A DNA stretch of 64,000 nucleotides from Actinomycetales bacterium (GTDB taxonomy: Bacteria > Actinomycetota > Actinomycetes > Actinomycetales > Micrococcaceae): the NCBI GenBank assembly GCA_038243055.1, contig JBBSRM010000002.1:3380-67379 (forward strand), read 5' to 3'. The translations under genes and the position numbers were made by a program. Below the pieces are notes generated by a model, which saw only the letters and a program-made list of their open reading frames with translations, searched no databases and was not told the DNA's origin. Shown in pieces: positions 19,814-28,680 of this stretch. The stretch's first letter is position 1. Each line of letters opens with the position of its first letter.

Positions 19814-20593
19814 ATGATCGAACTGCAGATCTCCAACGGCATCGCCGAAGTCGTGCTCAACGCACCTCAGAAGATGAACGCCCTCAATGAGGACGCGCTG
19901 CGCGAACTCTCCGACGCCTATGATCGTGCCGCCCATGCCGTGGGCTCCGGTGAGGCACGGGCCCTGCTGCTGCGTGGTGAAGGACGGGGATTCTGCGCCG
20001 GACGCGATATCTCCGACGTCGACCCGGCGGAGGATGACGTCCAGGGCTACCTGGGCGGGCTGGTGCAACCGTTGCTGCGTCAGATGTCGGAGTTCCCGGC
20101 CCCGACCTTCGCCTCGGTGCAGGGCGCCTGCCTCGGCGTCGGGCTGGGCCTGGCCATCGCCACCGACGTCGTCTACGTGGCGGAGAACGCCAAGATCGGT
20201 TCCCCCTTCGCGAACCTCGGGGCCACGCTGGACTCGGGCGGCCATTGGCTGTTCACCGAACGACTCGGCGCCCACCGGACGCTGGACATGATCTACACAG
20301 CCGAGCTGATCTCGGGCGCCGAAGCAGTGCGCTCGGGCCTGTTCAGTCGGTCCATGCCCGCCGATGAATTGCTGGAGGCCACGCGCGGGATCGTCGGCAA
20401 GGTCGCCCAGGGTGCCACCCGGGCATTCGTGGCCTCCAAGCAGCTGGTGGCCGAAGTGCGTGACCAGCGGCTCGGGCTCTGGGAATCCATGGCCAACGAG
20501 AACCGGGCCCAGGACGGACTCTGCGCCACTGCCGACTACGCCGAGGGATTCAAGGCCTTCCAGGAGAAGCGCAAGCCGAACTTCAAGGGCTGA
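19814..20593 (+). CDS. Enoyl-CoA hydratase/isomerase (PaaG-like)
   Basis: GFCAGRD, GACLGVGLGLA, DYAEGFKAFQEKRKP; last gene of the paa operon. Confidence 0.85.
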   Translation: MIELQISNGIAEVVLNAPQKMNALNEDALRELSDAYDRAAHAVGSGEARALLLRGEGRGFCAGRDISDVDPAEDDVQGYLGGLVQPLLRQMSEFPAPTFASVQGACLGVGLGLAIATDVVYVAENAKIGSPFANLGATLDSGGHWLFTERLGAHRTLDMIYTAELISGAEAVRSGLFSRSMPADELLEATRGIVGKVAQGATRAFVASKQLVAEVRDQRLGLWESMANENRAQDGLCATADYAEGFKAFQEKRKPNFKG

Positions 20594-20630
20594 GCCGGGC
20601 CGGGCGGCACTCCGCCCGGCGCCAGGACGA

Positions 20631-21080
20631 CTAGCGGGTATCGACGTCCTCGAAGACCAGGAAAGTCTGGGTGTCCAGGACACCGGGCATCGACTGGATG
20701 TTATCGAACACCACGCGTCGCAGATCCACGTTGTCCTTGGCCCTGACCAGCAGGATGACATCGAAGTTCCCGCCCACCAGTCCGATGTGGTGGACCTCCG
20801 GGAGGGCTGCGAGCCGGTCGCGCAGTTCTCGCCACGAATGCTGGCGCAGCTTCAAGGTGACGTAGGCCGAGGAGCGCAGTCCCGCCCGCACCGGGTCGAC
20901 GACGGCCATGTACCGGGTGATGACCCCTTCGTCCTGCAACCGGTTGATGCGCGAGTAGGCATGGGCGCGGGAGACGTGGACGTTCTGGGCCACGGTTGTC
21001 ACCGATTGCCGGCCATCGCGGGTCAGTTCGGCAATGATGCGGTGGTCGACGTCGTCGAGTTTGACGGGAATCGAGTCCAT
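20631..21080 (-). CDS. Lrp/AsnC-family regulator (BkdR-like)
   Basis: LDDVDHRIIAELTRDGR HTH and AsnC C-terminal domain; divergent from the E1-alpha gene. Confidence 0.92.
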   Translation of the reverse strand: MDSIPVKLDDVDHRIIAELTRDGRQSVTTVAQNVHVSRAHAYSRINRLQDEGVITRYMAVVDPVRAGLRSSAYVTLKLRQHSWRELRDRLAALPEVHHIGLVGGNFDVILLVRAKDNVDLRRVVFDNIQSMPGVLDTQTFLVFEDVDTR

Positions 21081-21299
21081 GTTCTCCTCCGGGACTGACG
21101 TCTACGAAAGACGATGTAACGTCACTCACAGTGACGATCTGTCTTCTAGAATAGGGTATTCGTTCTAGAAATTCTAGGCATTTGTCCTTAACTGGATACG
21201 ATCCGTTGCTACTTCGCATACTTGAGTCACGAAGTGCTTTCGATGTCGCCGTCCAGCCACGGTTCGTCGGGCGCCCGGGATTCTACGAAGGAGTACATC

Positions 21300-22487
21300 A
21301 TGAGCGCCGTGCCAGGTGAGTCGCAAACCGCCGAAGCCGCCGACCTCGACAGCGTCTGCCGCCACTTCGGCATTTCCGTGGAGGACTATCTGCTGCCCTC
21401 ACGCGGCCAGATCCAGATCGTCGACGAGGGCGGTTCGCTGCGCCCCGTCGAGGACCAGGGGACCGAGCCGGGCCATGAATACCCGCTTCCAGACGACGAG
21501 ACCCTGATGAAGGCCTACGAGCAGCTGGTGATCGGCCGGCGTGCCAACGACCAGAACTCCGCCCTGGTCCGCCAGGGCCGTATGGCCGTCTACCCCTCCA
21601 GCCACGGCCAGGAAGCCTGCCAAGTCGCAGCGGCCCTCTGCCTGGGGGAGAACGATTGGATGTTCCCCACCTACCGCGACTCCGTGGCCGTGATGGCCAA
21701 GGGAGTGGATCCGGTGGAGACGATGGTGCTCTTCCGCGGAGACTGGCACGGCGGCTACGATCCGCGCCAGTACAAGGTCGGCATCCAGTCCACCCCGTTG
21801 ACCACCCAGTTGCTGCATGGTGTCGGCGTCGCCCATGCCGCCAAGTTGCGCGGCGAGGACACCGTCGTGTTGGCGATGTGTGGCGACGGTGCCACCAGCG
21901 AAGGCGACTTCCACGAAGCCCTGAACTTCGCCGCCGTGTTCAACCTGCCGGTGATCTTCTTCGTGCAGAACAACCAGTACGCCATTTCCGTTCCGCTGGC
22001 CCAGCAGTCCGTGGCCCCATCGCTGGCCCATAAGGCCGTCGGCTACGGCATGGCCGGCGAACGCGTGGACGGCAACGACCTGGTCGCACTCATGGCCGTC
22101 CTGGGACGTGCCGTGGAACTGGCCCGCACCGGATCCGGCCCGCTGCTCGTGGAAGCCCATACCTACCGGATGCAGGCCCACACCAACGCCGATGACGCCA
22201 CCCGCTACCGCGAGGACGAGGAAGTCCAGGCCTGGCAGGCGAAGGACCCGTTGAACCGGATGACCACCTACCTGCAGGACAAGGGCCTGCTCGACGATGC
22301 GGTCACCGAACGCATTGCCGCCCACGCCGAACAAACGGCGCAGGCCCTGCGTGACGGACTGAACCAGGACCCGGAGATCGATCCGCTGGAACTCTTCGAT
22401 CACGTCTACGCCACCCAGACCCCGCAGCTGGCCGAACAGCGTGCCCTGCTCGCGGATGAACTCTCCCGGGAAGGGGACGCCAAGTGA
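21300..22487 (+). CDS. 2-oxoacid (branched-chain/pyruvate-type) dehydrogenase E1 alpha
   Basis: RQGRMAVYPSSHGQEA, GDGATSEGD…QNN TPP motif, HTNADD. Confidence 0.92.
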   Translation: MSAVPGESQTAEAADLDSVCRHFGISVEDYLLPSRGQIQIVDEGGSLRPVEDQGTEPGHEYPLPDDETLMKAYEQLVIGRRANDQNSALVRQGRMAVYPSSHGQEACQVAAALCLGENDWMFPTYRDSVAVMAKGVDPVETMVLFRGDWHGGYDPRQYKVGIQSTPLTTQLLHGVGVAHAAKLRGEDTVVLAMCGDGATSEGDFHEALNFAAVFNLPVIFFVQNNQYAISVPLAQQSVAPSLAHKAVGYGMAGERVDGNDLVALMAVLGRAVELARTGSGPLLVEAHTYRMQAHTNADDATRYREDEEVQAWQAKDPLNRMTTYLQDKGLLDDAVTERIAAHAEQTAQALRDGLNQDPEIDPLELFDHVYATQTPQLAEQRALLADELSREGDAK

Positions 22488-23599
22488 GCCCGCACATCAC
22501 CACCTCATCCGAGGCCAACGGCAACGTCAGTGCCGCCACGGCCCGAGCGACCGAGCGCGCCGCCGAACGTGCCGAAGCCGCAGGCCCCCGGCCGGTCACC
22601 TTCGCCAAGGCCCTGAACACGGCCCTGGCCGACGCGATGGAAGCCGATACCGGCGTCGTGCTCTTCGGCGAGGACATCGGCACCCTGGGTGGGGTCTTCC
22701 GCATCACCGACGGGTTGACCTCACGTTTCGGCGTCGAACGCTGTTTCGACACCCCGCTGGCCGAATCCGGCATCGTCGGCATGGCGATCGGCATGGCCAT
22801 GAACGGCATGCGCCCGGTCATCGAGATGCAGTTCGACGCCTTCGCCTACCCGGCGTTCGAGCAGATCGCCTCGCACCTGGCCAAGATGCGCAACCGCACC
22901 CGCGGCGCCGTGGACATGCCGGTGGTCGTGCGTATCCCCTATGCCGGTGGGATCGGCGGCGTCGAGCACCACTGCGACTCCTCCGAGGCCTACTACGCGC
23001 ACACCCCCGGGTTGAAGGTCATGACCCCATCGACGGTGTCCGACGCCTACCGGATGATGCGTGAGGCCATCGCCTCCAACGATCCCGTCGTGTTCCTGGA
23101 GCCGAAGAAGCTCTACTTCTCCAAGGACCCGGTGGATCTGGAGGCATTGCGCACCGAGTACGAAACCTCTGCAGCCGCCGGGGAACACCCCACCGAAGGA
23201 CATGCCGCCGTCGCCCGTGCCGGAACGGACGCCACATTGATTGCCTATGGCCCCTCGGTTTCCACGGCATTGGCTGCTGCTGCGGCCGCCGCCGAGGAAG
23301 GACGCTCTCTGGAGGTCATCGACGTCCGCAGCATCGTGCCCTTCGACGATGAGACCGTCTGCGCTTCCGTGCGCAAGACCGGCCGCGCCGTCGTCATCTC
23401 CGAAGCCCCGGGGTTCGCCTCCGTGGCCTCGGAAATCACTGCCCGGGTGCAGGAACGCTGCTTCCACTCCCTGGCCGCCCCGGTGTTGCGGGTGACCGGA
23501 TTCGACATCCCGTTCCCGGCGCCGAAGCTGGAAGGTTTCTTCCTGCCCAGCGTGGACCGCATTCTGGACACCGTCGACTCGCTGCAGTGGGAGGACTAG
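22484..23599 (+). CDS. 2-oxoacid dehydrogenase E1 beta
   Basis: GEDIG..GGVFR.TDGL, DTPLAESGI, EMQF, EHH. Confidence 0.92.
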   Translation: MSPHITTSSEANGNVSAATARATERAAERAEAAGPRPVTFAKALNTALADAMEADTGVVLFGEDIGTLGGVFRITDGLTSRFGVERCFDTPLAESGIVGMAIGMAMNGMRPVIEMQFDAFAYPAFEQIASHLAKMRNRTRGAVDMPVVVRIPYAGGIGGVEHHCDSSEAYYAHTPGLKVMTPSTVSDAYRMMREAIASNDPVVFLEPKKLYFSKDPVDLEALRTEYETSAAAGEHPTEGHAAVARAGTDATLIAYGPSVSTALAAAAAAAEEGRSLEVIDVRSIVPFDDETVCASVRKTGRAVVISEAPGFASVASEITARVQERCFHSLAAPVLRVTGFDIPFPAPKLEGFFLPSVDRILDTVDSLQWED

Positions 23600-23601
23600 A
23601 C

Positions 23602-25065
23602 ATGAGCATCAAGGTATTCCTGCTGCCCGACCTGGGCGAGGGGCTGACCGAGGCGGACCTGGTGAACTGGCTCGTGGCCGAAGGCGACACGATTGTCGTG
23701 GACCAGCCGATCGCCGAAGTCGAGACCGCCAAATCCCTGGTCGAGGTGCCTAGCCCGTTCGGCGGCACCGTGCACCAGCTCCACGGTGCCGCCGGCGACA
23801 CCATGGACGTCGGCAAACCGCTGCTCTCCGTCGATGACGGCGAGGGGGTGACCGGCGGCGACGCGCAGCCGCAAGGTCCGGCCGCCACCGAGCCAGCACC
23901 GGTTGAAACGGCCCAGTCCTACCGCGAGGAGGAACGGGCCGGAGTCGGGGAAGGCTCGGGCAACGTGCTGGTCGGCTACGGCACCCCCGGCGGCGCCGGT
24001 GCGACCAAGCGGACCCGCCGTCCTCGCTCCTCGGTTTCCTCCGAGGCGAAGTCGTCACCAGCCGGTGCTTCGGTGGCAGCCGGGGTCCCGGCCGAAGCAC
24101 CGGCGCAGTCCCGCGCCGCGGCACCGACCGTGATCTCGCCGCTGGTGCGCAAACTGGCCCGGAACCACGGGATCGACGTCGCCACGCTGACTGGTTCGGG
24201 CCGGAGTGGGCTGATCATCCGCGCCGACGTCCAGGGGGCCATCGACGCCTCGACGGACGGGGCGCCGGCAGCATCGTCGACCTCCCCGGCTGCCGGAGCC
24301 TCCTCCTCAGGAACGGCTTCGGCCAACGGCACGGTGGGAGCCGACGCCCGTTCGGGGCTGGGCATTGCCGAACGCACCCCGCTGAAGGGCGTGCGCAAGA
24401 CCATTGCCCAGGCCATGAGCACTTCGCGCCGTGAAATCCCCGAGGCCACGGTGTGGGTCGATGTCGACGCGACCGAACTGGTCCGGATGCGGGCGAAGCT
24501 CAAGGCGGCAGATCCGCAGAACACCCCCGGTCTGCTGGCGTTCATCGCCCGCTTCACCGTCGCCGGTCTGGCCCGGTACCCGGAGCTGAACACCCGGATC
24601 CAGGATGCCTCTGATGGTGGACAGGAAATCATCGGCTTCGACGGGATCAACCTGGGCATCGCCGCACAGACGGATCGCGGTCTGATGGTGCCGAGTATTG
24701 CCAATGCCCAGGACCTTAGTGCCCGGCAGATCGATACCGAGGTCCGTCGTCTGGCGGGGGTCGCCCGTGAGGGCAAATGCACACCCGCCGAGCTCACCCG
24801 TGGGACGTTCACGCTGAACAACTACGGCGTCTTCGGAGTGGATGGATCCGCAGCGATCATCAACCATCCGGAAGTCGCCATCCTCGGCGTCGGGCGCATC
24901 ATCGACCGTCCATGGGTCGTGGACGGCGAGCTGGCCGTTCGCAAGGTCACCGAACTGACCTTGACGTTCGACCACAGGGTCTGCGACGGCGGCACCGCAG
25001 GTGGTTTCCTGCGTTATGTCGCCGACGCCATCGAGAACCCCGGCTCGGTGCTCTCCGACCTGTAG
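23602..25065 (+). CDS. Dihydrolipoamide acyltransferase E2
   Basis: LPDLGEGL, lipoyl ETAK, SPLVRKLAR binding domain, FDHRVCDG. Confidence 0.93.
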   Translation: MSIKVFLLPDLGEGLTEADLVNWLVAEGDTIVVDQPIAEVETAKSLVEVPSPFGGTVHQLHGAAGDTMDVGKPLLSVDDGEGVTGGDAQPQGPAATEPAPVETAQSYREEERAGVGEGSGNVLVGYGTPGGAGATKRTRRPRSSVSSEAKSSPAGASVAAGVPAEAPAQSRAAAPTVISPLVRKLARNHGIDVATLTGSGRSGLIIRADVQGAIDASTDGAPAASSTSPAAGASSSGTASANGTVGADARSGLGIAERTPLKGVRKTIAQAMSTSRREIPEATVWVDVDATELVRMRAKLKAADPQNTPGLLAFIARFTVAGLARYPELNTRIQDASDGGQEIIGFDGINLGIAAQTDRGLMVPSIANAQDLSARQIDTEVRRLAGVAREGKCTPAELTRGTFTLNNYGVFGVDGSAAIINHPEVAILGVGRIIDRPWVVDGELAVRKVTELTLTFDHRVCDGGTAGGFLRYVADAIENPGSVLSDL

Positions 25066-25091
25066 GGCGGGAGGCCTAGCAGGACACGAGG

Positions 25092-25403
25092 CTAGGAATC
25101 GGCGCGGTGGTCACCAACCGCCGCGCCGTCGTCGTCTCCGACGGACTCCGACGCGTCGATCCGGATGCGTCCGCCGAGCATGCGCAGGGCGATCGAAATA
25201 GCGATCATGGCCGTGCCTAGCGGGACCACGCAACTGGCGATGACTGTCGCGATGAATTCGATGATCACCAAGCCTGCGGGCTCCTGCTGCGGAAGGGACG
25301 AAACGAAGGCTCCGAGGATCTTCGTGGATGCCATCTGGAAGGCGATGCCTGCCAGGCAGAGCACGATCCCGTAGCCGAGCAGCCGATTCCTGGTTTTCCT
25401 CAT
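25092..25403 (-). CDS. Small two-TM hypothetical membrane protein
   Basis: MRKTRNRLLGYGIVLCLAG…; paralog of 27257..27637. Confidence 0.7.
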   Translation of the reverse strand: MRKTRNRLLGYGIVLCLAGIAFQMASTKILGAFVSSLPQQEPAGLVIIEFIATVIASCVVPLGTAMIAISIALRMLGGRIRIDASESVGDDDGAAVGDHRADS

Positions 25404-25443
25404 GCCGTCCCCCTGGTGAAGATCTTGATCCCGTGCGAAGGCT

Positions 25444-26382
25444 TCAGGCAAGAGCCATCCGGGAATGCCGCCACCAGTCTACGGTCGCTGCCGCGGCGGC
25501 CGGCAGTGGCGTGGGGTCGAGTCCGAGCTCTTCCTGGCTGGCCCGGGAGTCCATGATGAACGGGTGATCGAATTGGTAGACCATTTCAGTCATTTCGCCG
25601 AGACCGGGGGCGGCGATGCCGAGGAGGCGCAACAACCAACCCGGCAGCCCCGAAACCGGGGATGGCTTCACCCCGCCTGCCCGCGCATACGCGGCGGCCA
25701 GGGCCTGTTGCGTCGTGGGAGCCGCGGTGGGGGCATGGAGGACCCGATTCCACAGCTCCGGCCGTTCGCTGGCGCGGATCATCGCCGCAGCGAGATCCGG
25801 CACGAAAGTGAAAGAGTGGGGCTGACCCGGATGACCGATCGCGAAGAGGCGTTTGCCAGAGAACACGGCCTCCAACATGCGCGACCCGGCATGGGCGTTC
25901 TCGACCAACGGGCCGAAGAAATCCGAAGCGACAACGCTCACCGTCGCGGTCGCCGAGGCCTCGCGGGCAGTCAACAACTCGGTTCTGATCCCCCGTTTTC
26001 CCCCTGTCGCCCCGCGGGGGGAATCTTCGTCCATGACTTCTCCCGGCTTGGAATATGAGTACAGGCTCTCGGGGAAGATCACGGGAATCCCCTGTTTGCC
26101 GGCGACCTTCAGGACCACCTCTTCGGCGTGCGGCAGGACCTCGCGCCAGGCGGCAAACCGGTAGGCGGCGTGGACGCAGTGGAAGATCGCCGAGGCGTTG
26201 GCGGAGGCATCGGCCAGCTGGGCCGGATCCGTCGCGTCGGCGCGGACCCTGCGGATCAGCTGATGGGTCGGCCCGCTGCCTGACCGGGTGGCCAACACCA
26301 CGGTGTGGCCGGCGTTGGCCAGCTGGAGGGCGACCGTGGAGCCGACGGGGCCGGAACCGGTGACGAGGAAATGCTGGGACAT
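25444..26382 (-). CDS. NAD-dependent epimerase/dehydratase (atypical SDR)
   Basis: LVTGSGPVG Rossmann motif, SDFFGP, HSFTFVPDLA. Confidence 0.88.
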   Translation of the reverse strand: MSQHFLVTGSGPVGSTVALQLANAGHTVVLATRSGSGPTHQLIRRVRADATDPAQLADASANASAIFHCVHAAYRFAAWREVLPHAEEVVLKVAGKQGIPVIFPESLYSYSKPGEVMDEDSPRGATGGKRGIRTELLTAREASATATVSVVASDFFGPLVENAHAGSRMLEAVFSGKRLFAIGHPGQPHSFTFVPDLAAAMIRASERPELWNRVLHAPTAAPTTQQALAAAYARAGGVKPSPVSGLPGWLLRLLGIAAPGLGEMTEMVYQFDHPFIMDSRASQEELGLDPTPLPAAAAATVDWWRHSRMALA

Positions 26383-26408
26383 GGCACGTTCTTTCACTCA
26401 GAGGAAGT

Positions 26409-26490
26409 GAGAGCAGTGCTCTCTGGTGCAAAGCTACAGTTTGGCGAAGATGCGGTCAAGAGCAGTGCACTCTTAAGTTGACAGTGCTCC
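26409..26490. promoter_or_regulatory. Repeated TetR-type operator
   Basis: Perfect palindrome GAGAGCA-G-TGCTCTC at 26409-26423; degenerate copies AAGAGCAGTGCAC (~26458) and ACAGTGCTC (~26481) between divergent genes. Confidence 0.7.
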
Positions 26491-26513
26491 GAAATGTAAC
26501 GTTTGATGAGGGC

Positions 26514-27260
26514 ATGATCAGGACGTTGACGCCACGCGAGCAGGCCAGGGAACGGACCATGGCCGAGATCATGCGTATTGCCCGCGAACAACTGGCCACC
26601 GATGGACCTGCCGCCTTGTCGCTACGGGCCGTGGCGCGAGAGCTGGGAATCGTCTCCTCGGCGATCTACCGCTATGTTTCCAGCCGCGACGAGCTGTTGA
26701 CCCTGCTGATCGTGGAGGCCTATTCCGATCTGGGAGCGCGGGTCGAAGCGGCAGTCTCCGATGCTCCGACGCATCCGCTGGAACGCTTCACGGTGCTGGC
26801 GCGGGCGGTTCGCAGCTGGGCACTGGGCGATGCCGCTCGGTACGCCCTGCTGTTCGGGACCCCCGTCCCCGGGTATGCGGCCCCGGCTGGGCTCACGAAC
26901 GAAGCAGGTACCCGGGTGGTGGTTGCGCTCTTCACGATTCTCGACGAGGCCTGGAACAACGGCGCGATCACGACGGCGGCCAGTGGTTCCGACGGGCAGG
27001 AAGGGACCCAGATCCCGGTGCGCCTCGGCAAGGACCTCGAGGCGATCAGACAAGAGCATGGAATCGCCATGCCCGCAGAACTGGTGGCCCGGGGCTTCAG
27101 CTGTTGGTCGGGTCTGTTCGGAGCGGTCACCTTCGAAGTGTTCGGCCACTACGGGCCAGCGACCTTCGGCGACCCCGGGGAGATCTTCGAACAGACCGTC
27201 CGGCTCCTGGCCACGCAGGTGGGTCTGAACCCCGGATCAAAGGCGGGCGGACGGTCCTAG
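26514..27260 (+). CDS. TetR-family regulator (WHG-type C-terminal domain)
   Basis: ALSLRAVARELGIVSSAIYRYVSSRDELL HTH; YALLFGTPVPGY. Confidence 0.9.
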   Translation: MIRTLTPREQARERTMAEIMRIAREQLATDGPAALSLRAVARELGIVSSAIYRYVSSRDELLTLLIVEAYSDLGARVEAAVSDAPTHPLERFTVLARAVRSWALGDAARYALLFGTPVPGYAAPAGLTNEAGTRVVVALFTILDEAWNNGAITTAASGSDGQEGTQIPVRLGKDLEAIRQEHGIAMPAELVARGFSCWSGLFGAVTFEVFGHYGPATFGDPGEIFEQTVRLLATQVGLNPGSKAGGRS

Positions 27261-27637
27261 CGGCGGTAGAAGTCGTCGGTGAAGGTCTCCACCGAGTCGT
27301 CGTCGCCCTCGGGGATGGGCGCGACGCCGAGGATTTCGGCTTCTTCGGCCCCGGCGGCGGTGCTCGCCTCGGAGGGTGTCCTGGGCTCGTCCAGCCGCAG
27401 ATGATTCTCCAGCATGCGCACCACCACCGAAGCGGCAATGAAGGTCATCCCCAGGGGGATGACCGAGGTGCTGAAAATCGTGCTCAGTGTACCCAAGGCG
27501 TTGGCGGTAAACATGTCCCCGGGCTCCACCCTGTCGTAGAGGAGCTGCAGGAATAGCATCGAAAATACCTGCAGCGCCACGCCGGCGAGGAAGATGACGA
27601 TGCCGTAGATCATGAGTTTGTTCGAGATGCGTTTCAT
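27257..27637 (-). CDS. Small two-TM hypothetical membrane protein
   Basis: MKRISNKLMIYGIVIFLAG…VIPLGMTFIA…RML; paralog of 25092..25403. Confidence 0.72.
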   Translation of the reverse strand: MKRISNKLMIYGIVIFLAGVALQVFSMLFLQLLYDRVEPGDMFTANALGTLSTIFSTSVIPLGMTFIAASVVVRMLENHLRLDEPRTPSEASTAAGAEEAEILGVAPIPEGDDDSVETFTDDFYRR

Positions 27638-27836
27638 CGGTGGTTCCCCCTGGTCCGCTGGATGGCCCGACGGATCCTCGCCGGTGCTTTGTTCCCCACG
27701 AGCCTACCCACCCGGACCGGGTCGTGACCGGTGTGAGGGTTTCCGCTCCCCGCTCTGCAGGGGAATAGAGTCGGAGCATCGACAGCCACTTCGACGAACT
27801 GCGGCCTGTGTGCGGACGCCGGGACAAGGACGGACC

Positions 27837-28676
27837 ATGAGCGGGAAAGCCACGACGGCGGCGTGGAGGCGGGCAGGGGAGCGCACCCACGCTCTCCGTC
27901 TGGACGGCTTCGCCGTCAATGCCGGACTGGTGATCGGCGACGAGCAGGCAGCCGTCATCGATTCCGGGGCCGGGCCGACCGAGGCCGCCGAGTTGTACAC
28001 AGCGGTCCGCATCTTGACCGATCTGCCGCTGGTGCTGATCAATACGCACGCACACGGTGACCACTTCTTCGGTAATGCCTACTTCCGCGCCCAGGGGGTC
28101 GTCGATATCTGGGCCCACGCCGGGGCCGCCACGACGATCGCCTCCCATGGCGCCGAACAGCGCGACCTGGTGCTTGACGTGGACCCGGCCATGGCCGCGG
28201 CAAAAGGTCCACACACCGACATCGTGGCCCCGACCCGTACCGTCGGGAACGAACCGGTGGAACTGGATCTTGGAGGTTGTTCCATCAGGCTCTTCCATCT
28301 CGGACCCGCCCATACCGATGGGGATCTGCTCATCGCCTCCGGGCAGGTGCTCTTCGCCGGCGACCTCGTCGAAGAGGGGGCGAAGCCCCAATTCGGGGGC
28401 TCCTTCCCCCGCCCATGGGTCGCGGCGCTGGGACGGCTCCTTGCCCTGGGCGGAAGCCACCCGGTGGTCGTGCCTGGGCACGGGGAATTCGTGGATATGG
28501 ATTTCGTGCGGGCCCAGCGCGACGAGCTACGTGCGGCCATCGAGATGTGCCGTGTCGCGCTTGAAGACCCCTCCACCGATCCCGCCCGCGTCATACCCTC
28601 CCTGCCCTATGACCCGATACAGTCCCGGCACCTGCTCCTGCGGGTGAGGGACACCGCCGGGCCGCAACAGGAGTAG
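27837..28676 (+). CDS. MBL-fold metallo-hydrolase
   Basis: NTHAHGDHFFGN, AHTDGD, FAGDL, PGHG. Confidence 0.9.
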   Translation: MSGKATTAAWRRAGERTHALRLDGFAVNAGLVIGDEQAAVIDSGAGPTEAAELYTAVRILTDLPLVLINTHAHGDHFFGNAYFRAQGVVDIWAHAGAATTIASHGAEQRDLVLDVDPAMAAAKGPHTDIVAPTRTVGNEPVELDLGGCSIRLFHLGPAHTDGDLLIASGQVLFAGDLVEEGAKPQFGGSFPRPWVAALGRLLALGGSHPVVVPGHGEFVDMDFVRAQRDELRAAIEMCRVALEDPSTDPARVIPSLPYDPIQSRHLLLRVRDTAGPQQE

Positions 28677-28680
28677 CGCC

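Noticed and set aside
27718-27790. GGGTCGTGACCGGTG resembling the 5' end of a ZTP riboswitch
   Set aside because: No matching GGAGCGAC helix partner or 3' CGCCTGGGC pseudoknot element, and the downstream gene is not folate or purine related.
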